In this document: positions 37,982 through 53,549 of the stretch, one piece after another
How positions within the stretch are numbered: position 1 is the stretch's first letter
Layout of the letters: every line of letters begins with the position of its first letter
NCBI GenBank assembly: GCA_051294375.1
Contig: CM119271.1
Span: 3,503,061-3,567,060, forward strand
Source: Paraspadella gotoi
Lineage: Eukaryota > Animalia > Chaetognatha
Reading direction: 5' to 3'
Length of the DNA: 64,000 nt
Translations under genes and position numbers: made by a program
Notes under the pieces: generated by a model
Databases searched by the model: none
What the model was told of the DNA's origin: nothing
The model's input: the letters and a program-made list of their open reading frames with translations, nothing else

Positions 37982-38704
37982 ACCTGGACTGGAGAAGATT
38001 TTAAACTTTTTCGCTTCTAGTCATTAAATATTAAATACGGCAAAATGTATTGCGTAATTAAAAAAAAATGATTTTATTCAATTGACTAAAATATGTATTT
38101 ATTAAGATTGAGAAAAATCTTAAATCTTGAGTGATTCCATTTTGAATGAGATGCTTCTTATTTATTGCCAATTTAAAAACTAGGTTAAAACAGTTTGAAA
38201 AATATTTTATCACTTCAGTGATCGGGAAGCCAAGCCCTAAACTATTATACTATGAGAGAGTCTTGATTGAAAGCTTGCAGGGTCTTACGATGTTTGTCTT
38301 ACCATCTTGCGAAAGCCTGCCCAAAATCAGGGGCAAAATAGCTTGTTCATTAAGTGAATGAATAATTGAATATTCTTTAAATCGTATATTTTATAATCTT
38401 TATATTGCTTGTACCAATTATATAAGTGTGAATATGAATGAAGGACCTCTTGAAATCCTCGTCCAATAAATTGCATTGCTTCGCTCGGATGTACGAGGAA
38501 CTGACGGATGTTATTGTTTATTTGTATATATTGTATATCGCCAGTACCAGCATAACTAAGTTTATGACGTTTGGCTAGTGTTTTGTCTCGGAAAGTAAAC
38601 AGGACATAGTTCGCTTCCAATAAAGTTAACAGTTATTTCGAAAATTATTGAGAACATTCTTTTGCTTAAAATTAAAAGAACAGATTAATTCACAATCACG
38701 AACC

Positions 38705-41700
38705 ATGTCTTTGAAATCGTTTTCGTTGATTTGTATCATCTCTCTGTGTGTTCTCTTCCCCCTCGCCGCGACCTACTGCAAGCTGGTTTGCTGGTTTCAA
38801 ATCAACGTGCTCAAAAACGAAACGGCCCGATTCGCTGAGAAAGTTTCGTTTCGATGCCACTGGAATGGAACCATTGACCAGACGCCCAGAAAAAACTGCA
38901 CCAAGCTGACTCGTAAAATCATGGCGGAGGCGAAAACCAGGTATTACTATTGCAATATTTTAAAAGATTGCTTTCGTCGCGGGGAAGCGACCGAACATAG
39001 ATCCATAAATCTTGGGAGACTCGGGATTCGAATCGTGGAGACCGACTTTCTCGCCGATTTCCCGAGTCTGCAGAAGGCTATCCTTTCCCACAACGACATA
39101 GTCGAGGCGGGACCAGGCGCTTTCCGGAATTCAAATTTCTCGAAAGTTAATTTGAAATTAAACGGGCTCCGGCGTCTCAGCACGCATTTCGCGAATATGA
39201 GCAATTTGAAATCGTTGGACCTCAGTCTAAATCAAATCGTTTCTATTAACTACAAGGTTTTTCAAGGGACCACTAATTTACGTTGCCTCTACCTCAGGGG
39301 AAACAAGTTGAAGACCCTCAGTTTTCTCAGTGTCTTTTCACGACTCGAAAGCTTAGAATTAGAATACGCGGATGACTTTTCTCTGGACGAATTTCCAAAT
39401 TTCACGACTCTGACGGATATTCGTTTGACCTTTCACAAAAATGTGAATTTGACAAGGTTGCCTCTTTATCATGAGCAACTTAGGAAGCTAACTGTGGATG
39501 GAGTCAGCGCAATTAGCGACACCTTTTTTGAAAATATGCCGAAGCTGAAGGCGGTCCGGATTGCAAATGGAAATTTTCTCGGTCTGAAACCACGGCTTTT
39601 GCGGAACATGAGTAACATGACTCGCTTTAACATGTTTAATTTAGGTATTGAAAACATTGAGAAGGACACCTTTCACGGCGCCCGTTCGCTTTCTGTCCTG
39701 AGATTAAGAGGGAACAGTATATTTAGAGTTAATTACACGAACTTCCAAAAGCTAAAAACGTTGAAATATTTAGATTTGAGCCAGAATAATATTCGGTGGA
39801 TTGAGAAAAAGTCATTCTCTTCGCTGGAGAATTTAAAAGTGTTGAACCTGAGTTTCAATCAGTTAGATAAACTTGACGAATACGTATTCGCCGAATTGAC
39901 TGAGCTCCAGTTTATCAGTTTAGAAAGTAATAGGTTAGCTTCCATAGCGCTGCCCGCGATGGGTTCTCTCAGCAAGCTAATATTGGACAACAATTCGTTC
40001 ACCGAAATCGATTCCGCTTTAATGGCAAACTTAACTGGCTTAACTCAGTTCTCCATACTTCATAATCCGTTGGAGAAAATTCCCGAAAAATCCTTTCATC
40101 ATTCCGATATCGTCGACATACGATTCGGATGTTGTTCCTACCGTTTGTTGGAGGATAATGCGAAGGAAGTAAAGAAGTATTGTCACGATACAAACATGAC
40201 TATCGAAAAAAATGCTCTTCAATTGAGGAACTATCATCATAAAACGAGAAACTTGTTGAGACTTTCGATCCTGGGTTGCGCCCAAAGGTTATCCGACGAG
40301 AAACTGCAGATAATGGTGGATCGTTTAGAGGTCCGTTGGAATCATTTGGGTGATACGCTTGGAAATTTACAGATAAAGAACTCGGGGGAAAATGCGGAGT
40401 TTTTTCTTCAAAATAACGAAATCGAAAGTTTGAAGTACAAGCAATTTCCTTCTATCAATGCTAAACAGATTGATCTATCTGACAATAGAATTAATGTAAT
40501 CGACGTGAACGCTTTTAAAAACAGCGAAATAGCAGTCATCAGATTGAACGGTAATAGAATACACACCCTAAAATTATATTTTGATCTACGGCTAAGCGGC
40601 CCAGATAGATTTCAGTATATAGAAGCGATTAACTCTAGCATTAAACGCTTCCACGTGATAAACGATAAACGACGCAGTAAATTCGTAAAATCATTCATTT
40701 CCGTAGATCTGAGTTACAATCAAATCTATACTCTTAGTAATGTTAAATTGAAAGGATTCAGGTTAATCAGATCATTAAATCTCAGTCACAACAATATTAA
40801 GCATTTTAAATCAACTGTACCGATTTTACAATTTTACGATCTAGAAAATTTAGATTTATCTTACAACCGATTGAAATTCTTGCCTTCAGAAGTGACGCGC
40901 AAGAAGCACATGAAAATAATTGCGACAGGCAATGAGTGGGATTGCTCCAAATGTGAGGCCGTGTTCCTCTTCGGCTATGCGGTCAGGTATATGTCTGTCA
41001 CAAATCTCGAGTGTTCTCACAATCGGACTCTAGCCAAAGAGTGGCGAAAATGCAACTTCACAGACTATTGTGTTCCTTATTTCTTGCTATCTTCCATCGC
41101 CCTGTTAGTCTTCCTGAAAGGCCTTCACTCTTTAAACATCTTGAGACTGAAACAAAAATACGGCTCCTACCATTCGGTCCCCCTCTTGTCTTTGGTCAAG
41201 AGGGGCCACTTTGTCCGCATCTCCAAGCTCCATCAGAGCATCTTGCACAACAACGTGCTTCTTCTCCACGCCTTTGCCACGGAATTCAGCGCCAAAAACT
41301 GTCTTCAAGGATATTCGTTTGTGCAACGGACCTACTGCAGTTTGCTGGAGGCGTTGGAACCGGGCAACCCGACTCAATTGATCTTGGACAGAGACAATCT
41401 GTGCTGGCAGTTACTCAAAGGTTTAGAGCACCTCCATTCTTTTTCAATCTTTCATAGTAATCTGAGGGCTAAGTCCATATACCTGACGGGAGGTCTCCAG
41501 AAATGGACCGTCAAGATCGGCAATTTTAAGAAGGCGAGAACGATCGCCAAGTTCAGCGATGATTTCAAAGACGCCCTCGACGAGGATCTCAATGCAGCCG
41601 CCGCATTGATCGATTTCATTCAAAAGCCTCGACGCTCGATAGAGTTCCGCGTTCTTTCTCTCGCGCTCGAAAATGGTCTTACCGCGGACGAGGCGCTGCG

Positions 41701-42908
41701 ATCCCCGGCCTTCGTCCCGATCCCAGAGAAAATTCTATTCTTGAATGAGGTCAGCGAAACTTTGAAGAATAAACGAAAAATGAACGGGGACACGAGCTTC
41801 GCGGAGAAACATGCGTCCCTCGTCATCGGGGGTCGCGGAGCTTGGAACAGATTGTTCGAAGACCCTGGCGACATTCACTTATTGGCCGGCTTTGCCGGTC
41901 AGTCCAACAAGTACAGGATTACCCAAGTCGCCGATCTGATTCGCTTCGTACGAAATGTCAATGCTCACGCCAATGACGAACCGATGATCATGGAAAAGGT
42001 GTTCGAAAACTCCGCGCCTGATCCGGAAACGCTGTACAGATATTTCGCGAACAAATTTCCATATCTCTACCTGCATGCGGTCACGATTTCCCCCAACGCT
42101 CCAAAAGTCTACATGAAGGAATACGCTAACTTTGCTCAGCGAATGGAATGTGAAGGGATCGCAAATGAAGTCATCGTTCCGCTCGCGACTCAAGCTGAAA
42201 TCCGATTTGAATTTAAGTATTTCGTGTTTGACGGAAACACACACTACTTGACGACCACGTACAAAACGTTAACGTTGCCCGGAGAACCGATGTCCGCTAT
42301 AGATTGGCCCGTTCTTGCGAAGGAGATCAAACCCGACGTCGAGAGGAGATGGCCGGGAGTTCCGATGGCCTGCATTTTATGCAGAACCGAGCAAGGAGTC
42401 AAGGAATTCGGTTATTGCGACCAAACACAGCTAGAGCCCTTGGCGAGGTAATGGGCCTTAATTGGGTCCCGGAAATCTTGTAAAAAAAAAAAAAGCAAAA
42501 CACATTCATAAAATTTTTTTTCATCATCTCAGCGCCAACTTTTCCACTCGCTCTGAATCCCCGGTCTTGGAAGGTTCCGTCATAGAAATATCCCGGATGC
42601 AATACCACGTCGTCTGCAAAGAGTTCGGGTTGGATCGCCTTGTCGACTTCAAGATCAAGGACAACGTCAAGGCGATCAGGGGAAACTTAATCAAACACAC
42701 CACGCGGGATGCGATCAAGTCGACGAGGGTGGAGGCCGTCTTTCTCAACGGACGACAAGTTCGAGACAAGGAGAACATCTCGCAGCTTCCCTTTTCGAAT
42801 TTCCCGTTTGTCGTGACGGTTTCGTCGATTGGTGAAAGGGATGTCGAGGGAAAACGTGAAGTCGAAAGAAAAAGCGATGGTGTCGATTTTTTGTTCAACG
42901 TCACGTGA
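38705..42908 (+). CDS. ~1372-aa LRR receptor - TM - pseudokinase - KEN (IRE1/RNase L-type) ribonuclease - ubiquitin-like tail; exons 38705-42447 and 42533-42908
   Basis: Signal peptide MSLKSFSLICIISLCVLFPLAA; more than 20 LxxLxLxxNxL repeats; LRRCT GNEWDCSKC; TM YCVPYFLLSSIALLVFL; kinase-like QLLKGLEHLHSFSIFHSNLRAKSIYL and VKIGNF; KEN KYRITQVADLIRFVRNVNAH...YFANKFPYLYLH. An 85-nt GT-AG intron joins in frame to the 42462-42908 ORF. Confidence 0.88.
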
Positions 42909-44567
42909 CTCGTACGAAAGGATTTTCTAACCCAATGAAAGATTGAAATCTCTTTGGAACGCATTAAAGCGCTCTACAGTCTACAGTCTACTGATATGTA
43001 ATGTATCTTATCTTATTTTTTTTGTTTTTGGGTGCATGTTGGTTGGTGAATTAAAATAGCTTTTTTCTTTTTCAAAATTTGTTTTTACTTTGATTAAAGC
43101 TTTTATAAAAAAAATTCTAGATACATTTTATATTACGTACATTTTAGAGACGGTTAATAAATTACAGAAGAATGATCTAGAGATCTAGATTCTAGAGGGA
43201 TTCTATATACGTAAAAATTCCACCCCCTTTCAAACTATTAGAAGGTTACGTAGAAAATCCTCAAATTTAAAATACAATGTCAAAAATAATTGAGTGATGG
43301 AGGCCTTAAACCACCAAAGCCTGTCCAAAGTCAGGGGCAAGATAGCTTATTTATTAAATGACTGGATAATTTTTTATATTGGTTGTACCAATTTCATGAG
43401 AATAATAGCAAAAAAGAATTCCCATAGCAACCGCGTTCCTTTTTTTTTCACTCTGAAAATACAATCGTTATGTTTATACGGTTTCCAGAACTTGCGCAGC
43501 GGCACAAACTTTTGCCCTTTCGCCGCGAACGCTGCCGACGCCGCGGTCGCCTGCAGCGAGGGCGTCCCTGGTTAGCAACAGGTAAACAATCGGCTCCAAT
43601 CCTGGGCCGATTCTCCTGTTTATTCTCCTTAGTAACCAACTGTATTTCAGAGTCTTCAAGAAAGGGAATTTTCCCGTCCGGCCGGGGGGGAAAAAAAAAA
43701 AATCGACCCCGATTAGGATTGATATCAAAGATCGTGATTTTTGCTACGTGAGAATTAAAGATTAATTTAACTGAAGAATTAAAAATTAATTTAACTGAAG
43801 AATCAAAAAAATCAAAAAATAAAATATTTTAAGCTGCTAATTTTTTTTTTTCAAATTGGTAAATCTTAAACAAAAATGGTCGGGGGTTTTGAATATTAAA
43901 GGTAAAGAATACTGTAAGTAGACAGTTTAAACATTTAATCTCATTACATTCCTACCATAACGCCGAATTTTATATTGATATCAATGTATATATAAACTAT
44001 TTTATGACACCGCTAACCTCTTATTTCGCGCTTCTTTGGATGTTCTAACTTGAAGAATTGAATAAGTTGCGTTCGACCTCAGCCCTAATTGAGCGGCTGA
44101 TTTCTCCGCAGTTATAAGACTAGGATTTCATGGGCGATGATCAAAAGTTCTGTCTCGTCTCTCTCTCTCTCCCTCTCCTTCTCTCTTTTTCCACACGATT
44201 CAAGACTTTCTTCAAATTTCCATCTTAGTTTTCTCCTTAAAATTAATCGGATAAAATATAAATCAATCAATAACAAAGGACAAAAAGTAAATAAAAAAGG
44301 ATCTCTGAGGAACAACAAGGATTACTATTTTTCGAATGGAATATCATCATTGACGCAAGAGTAGAGACGTAAGTTTAAAAAATATTTGTTCTTTTTATTC
44401 TGAAGTCACAAAAGATTGTTACTGTGCTAAATCAAATATTAATTTTGATGCTGGTAAAAAATGTATATCAAAGGTTGTAAATTTAGTGGACTTTGTACTT
44501 TGTAATCATAGTTTCAAATAAGTTGATTTTGTGGCAGCGGTGCCGGTGCCGGTGCCGGTATAAACAT

Positions 44568-44667
44568 GCCAGTGACAGGAGGCGGTCACTGAGGGTCCGC
44601 AGCCCCTACGCCAGTTTGTGAGATACCCCGCGCCCCGGGTATCACAGGCTATCCTCCCGTTGCCATA
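44568..44667 (-). repeat. Structured GC-rich dispersed repeat, partial copy
   Basis: Reverse complement aligns to 52083-52182 (tatggcaac...gcctgtgat.ccc...accctcagtgac.gcctcc.gtcactggc). Confidence 0.7.
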
Positions 44668-47339
44668 ATTTCACGTTTATCTACATAAAATAAGAATACA
44701 GTTTAATTTTTTAAAATTCGTTAATCGACAAATGATTTACAACCCATGAATTATATTCTTGTATAAGAATATTTTTATTTTTTTAACATATGATAGAGCG
44801 ATCGGGAACATTTTTAATGTCCATTTTTATTCAAATCCATAAAAAGAAAAAGTTTGGAAAAAAAATAATTGCTGTAAGAATAAGTATATTTTTTTAAGAA
44901 ATGAATTCAGTGTACTAAGACTTAGTCTAAGTTCTTCTAAAAATGAAGTCAGTGTATTATTTTCTTTTGTTCTTGGCCTAACAAAAGCTGCACTACGCAC
45001 ATGCGATTTTCTGCCCTCATTATTCGCAGTGGAAACTGCATATTTTCTCTAGAGAGGAAAAAAAAGAAGAAAAAGTCAGCACAATTTGACTTAACCCGCG
45101 CGTTCTAACTCTCATTTCAAAGCTCGGATTTTTTCCATGGAGCTTGTTCAATCTGGAGCCAGGGCAATCACCCCTAGTCATGTTACGCTCGATTGTTGAT
45201 GGATATTTTTATTTGGGGAGTCGGTGGCAGTTTCGGAATTAGGTTGAGGTCGCGGCTGGGAGACCGGGAGAGAGAGCTATGGGAATCGCCCTTTCATACA
45301 ATTGAAACATTTGATAGAGAAGACAGATTCTCATTTAAAGCTTGCAGGGTCCTGCTATGTTATTACCTTGGAAGAGGGACGGAGGCCTTAACCCACCATA
45401 GCTTGTTCAATGTTCAATGTTGTTTATTTTTGTTCAATGTTGTTCATTGTTCCATGCCAGAGACAAGAGAGCTTATTTCTTGAATGAATGGATGGATGGA
45501 TGAATGGATAGTTTTTATTTTGGTTTTACTAATCTCATGAAAAACGAAGAGAGAAAAGGTGAGAGAGGGTCCTTGCAAGAAAATCGCTATCAAATCAAGG
45601 GGCATTGCATGACTTACTGCTTAACCATGGTCCCTTTTTCATTGCAAATCCGAGAATCGAGTTGTACCTGGCTCCGGATTCTGGTCCCGGACGCTGTTCC
45701 ATATAATATGAGGTTCAAATGAAAATGAGACGTGGTGGAATCTAAGTAAAGTTGATTCGAAGAATCATTTAAGCCGCAATGATGATGTAATTCCGCCCAA
45801 TACAAATCTAAGACTTTCTTTATCCCCATTTTTAGTTGAAATAACATTTTTTACCCATCTTGTTAAATCACGGTGTAACTGCACTCAACGTTCCGCGCCA
45901 GTATTTCTGGAGTCATATTCGTGTTTCTAAGATTCTCAGGATTCTAAGAAAGAGAGAAAAAATCTTAATTAGATATTGATTTCGTGCTTTTTTTTCCTTT
46001 TCGGTTTGTGGTTTTCTTGAATGCAGCCCGGAAATGATGATCTTTCTCTTTTTTTTAAGATGATTACTGACACTTGGAAAGTTGGAATAATCAGGAAAAA
46101 AATTATTTGATATGTCGTGCGGTTTTTATAATTTATTTTGTTTCATCATATGTTAAACAATGTTTTTAGTAATATCATATTCATTATTTATTAAAAAAAA
46201 AAACTTATTCAAATTGAAAACAATTTCAGTTTAAGTAACCACAGGCCTTGGGATGGGCGTGCCTTTTCAAGGTGACGCTAACCCGTATCATCGCGGTTTT
46301 AATCAGAGTCCGAAATAATCGTGACCTTTGCTTTGCCGCATCTAAGATTGAACGAGGGGAACGGCTTTGAAAAAAAAGGGGGCCGAGAGCGTCAACGCCC
46401 TTTTCCTTCGAATCCCTGGAGGAAAATAAAAAAGGTTGACGCAAACAAAAGATCGAGAATTGTTTTTTTCGTGCCATGGATCGAGCCAGGCCCGCGGGGC
46501 GTCTGGTGCTTGCCATTAATGTTAACAAGGTCGACCGGACGTGTAAACGATTTTTTTTTAAATTTAGCGTGCCCTCTTTCTGACAATCTTATTGGACGAG
46601 ATTATATGAGAAATTAAAGGTTAATTTTTCAGTTATTTAATTAAATTAGAGTAAAAAAAGGTTCTTTAAATTTTTTGCTAAACTAGACTAAATTCTGAAT
46701 TAACAAATAATTTATCACGTGCATAATCCGAATTCCAATGACCAAGTCCAAGCTTGATGAATATTCAAATTTCAAGATGGCCGAAAGTATAAAATAGATA
46801 TCTAAAATCTCGTCTGAGAAAGTCGAGAAACATGCAACTCTTCCAAGAAAATTATCATCCAAAAAAAATATATATATAATCCCTAGAGATGGGAGTCTAA
46901 AAAATAAAATCGAAACAACTATATTTGAAACAATAAAAAAAAAAATACGAAAGTTTAAAACGAACCAAATCAGTGTAACTGGTTTTGTTTTTCCTTTATT
47001 TTCGCAACAGTCTAGACTCCGCGTCTTAGTTTGGTTAACCTTGGCCCTCAAATGTAAGAGACGGCCGCGGAAATTCGATTCAGGATTTTTTTTTATCTCT
47101 TCTATTCGACGGAGTCAGGGACGAAGGAGGAAAAAAAAGGGGGGGGAGACCGATTTGATACGTACACGAAATCCTCGTGGCTGGAACAAGACCGATTAGG
47201 GCCATTTGTTACATCTTAACGACGTATGATGAGTTGGCGTCGATCTTGTTCATCATTTATTTCGTTATTTTTGGATTTTGAATACAGTGTTTGACGGTTT
47301 GTCTTGATTAGGGTTTTGACTCTTTTTTCTTTTAATCTT

Positions 47340-47341
47340 TT

Positions 47342-47427
<86 letters not shown>

Positions 47428-47593
47428 TATTTCTTTCTTTCTTTCTTTCCTTTTTTTCTTGTTTTATTTTCTTGTTTTATTTTCTTATTTCTTTTCTTCT
47501 CTTTTTTCCTTTCATTTCTTTCTTTCTTTTTTTCTTAGATTCTTTCTTTTTTTCTTTCTTTCTTTCTTTCTTTTTTCCTTGTTTATTTTCTTC

Positions 47594-47641
<48 letters not shown>

Positions 47642-47715
47642 TTTTTCCTTGTTTATTTTTTTCTCTTTTTTCCTTTTCTTTCTTTTCTTGTTTATTTTCT
47701 TCTCTTTTCTCCTTT

Positions 47716-47768
<53 letters not shown>

Positions 47769-47770
47769 TC
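47340..47770. repeat. (TTTC)n polypyrimidine microsatellite
   Basis: Long TTTC/TTTTC degenerate array. Confidence 0.95.
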
Positions 47771-47940
47771 CCCCCCGCTACATCCCCCGCTCTGAATTTC
47801 TCCTCAAAAGACATTAACCGAAGACACCCAAAAAAAAAAAAAGGATTTTATCCTCCCATGATAAATCGTGGGTCGCGGAAAGTATGGGATCGCCGCCACT
47901 TCCTACTCAGGGCGGACTTCCTTCAAGGGGAGAACCGCAT

Positions 47941-47988
<48 letters not shown>

Positions 47989-48742
47989 TCGATTTATATG
48001 CTTACCTGTGTTTTTATGGGATAACAAATCCTAAAAAAACCCCAACCACTTTTCCCTATCGACTTCCGAATCACCATCATATTTCAACCAATCATCGGTT
48101 GGATCGATCTCTTCAGCCAATCAGCTTCGATCGATGTCCAATTCGCCCCAGTTAATGTCCGATCGAAGTTTTTAACCAATTAGTGACCCTTCGAATCGAT
48201 TAATCTCACGTCGACTCATATATCTTTAATCCTGCTAATTACTTTTTAAAGAATTTTCCCCCTTTTTCATTCGTCGATATCAAACGTACCTTATTAATAT
48301 TATTCGTTACTCAACTTTGGTACAAAAGAAAAAAAAATAAATGCTTGCTAATGTCCTATATATTTTAGAATCTCGATTTTTTTTTGCCTTCAAACATTTC
48401 GTGGTTTCGACTTTCAATGTAATTGTAAACCGAGGATCTCCGAATCTTCAACGCACTCTTCCCCTGTAAACATCATTAACCGCAAACCCCTTCTCCGCCA
48501 CCCCGTAAACCCATATCATTTTCTCAGTACCCGGATTCTCGACCTAAATCCGTTTCCTGCTCATCCTCATCCTCTGCTGCCGCCGCCGCCGCCGCCGCCT
48601 CCTCCGCCCTTTCTCATGTTGGGTTCTCAAGAACTAGGCGTCGGGCGTCCCTCAGTCGTGCAAATGGGAATCGGGGTCAAAGGTTCGAAGAAAATAAGTT
48701 TTCAACGAAATGTTTATAATTTTTGCCCAAAGACAAAAGCGT

Positions 48743-48775
<33 letters not shown>

Positions 48776-49058
48776 CAGAGTCTCCCAAGAGAATGTCGAT
48801 CGCCGTGCCCTCTCTGGCGACGCCACCGAAAGCCCGAATCGTTCAGCGGCCGGCCCCGCCTCTGGCGGCTTGGTCAATCAAACAAGCTTGGACGAAACAC
48901 AAACAATCTCCGCCCTTCGCCAACCCGATGTCGTTAATTCAGGTGAAAAGTGTTTTTTATGATGGATGCCCTTAATGTGCCCTTAACTATAAAATTTTGT
49001 ATGCAGTTTTATTGATTTAAAACAGTAAAAAGACTTTCGTTTCGTTGCGTTTTTAAAC

Positions 49059-49217
49059 TTGAGAGAGAAAACAAAGTTTATTTTTGTTTAAATACAAACG
49101 ACGAGTTTTATTTTTGAAACGGACATGTTTCGACTTTTTTTTCGAGTCTTCCTTCAGCGCTGAATTAAACTCGTTCTTTGTAAACAAAAATAAACTTTGT
49201 TTTTTTTTTTCTCTCAA
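49059..49217 (-). ncRNA. Hammerhead-like core (49117-49161) enclosed by ~60-bp inverted repeats
   Basis: Minus strand AGCG-CTGAAGGA-a-GACT...AGTC-GAAA-CATGTC-CGTT. Flanks ttgagagagaaaacaaagtttatttttgttta and taaacaaaaataaactttgtttt...ctctcaa are inverted. Confidence 0.5.
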
Positions 49218-49611
49218 TTGATTTAAATTGTATTTAATTTATTATTTTTTATTCGTCAGGCGAACAAATCGCGCGCCAGCTGCATCAGCAAAGTGGGAGG
49301 TTCGAGAGGTTCGAAGACTCCCAGCATTTCGAGGAAAGTCTCTGCCTTAAAAAGAACGAAAGTAAGGAAAACAAATAAGTATCGGAATAATTTTTTCCTA
49401 CAATTTGGCTTTAACTGTAGGTATATGATTTACTTCTTTTTTTACTTATCATTTTAACTAATATTTAAAAAGATAACTGTTTCCAAAATCTCATAGTACA
49501 TTACCTTAAACTACCTTACATTTTAAAATCTACAAAAATTAAAATAGTCAAACAAATATTTTTCCCCCCCCCTAATTTTCACACTAATAAAATTAAACAG
49601 AAAAGATAACC

Positions 49612-53549
<3,938 letters not shown>

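Noticed and set aside
42449-42462. Stop-codon readthrough or frameshift linking the 1267-aa and 148-aa ORFs
   Set aside because: A conventional 85-nt GT-AG intron explains the in-frame join.
47304-48034. Phe/Leu/Ser-rich membrane protein ORFs
   Set aside because: Translations of the (TTTC)n microsatellite.
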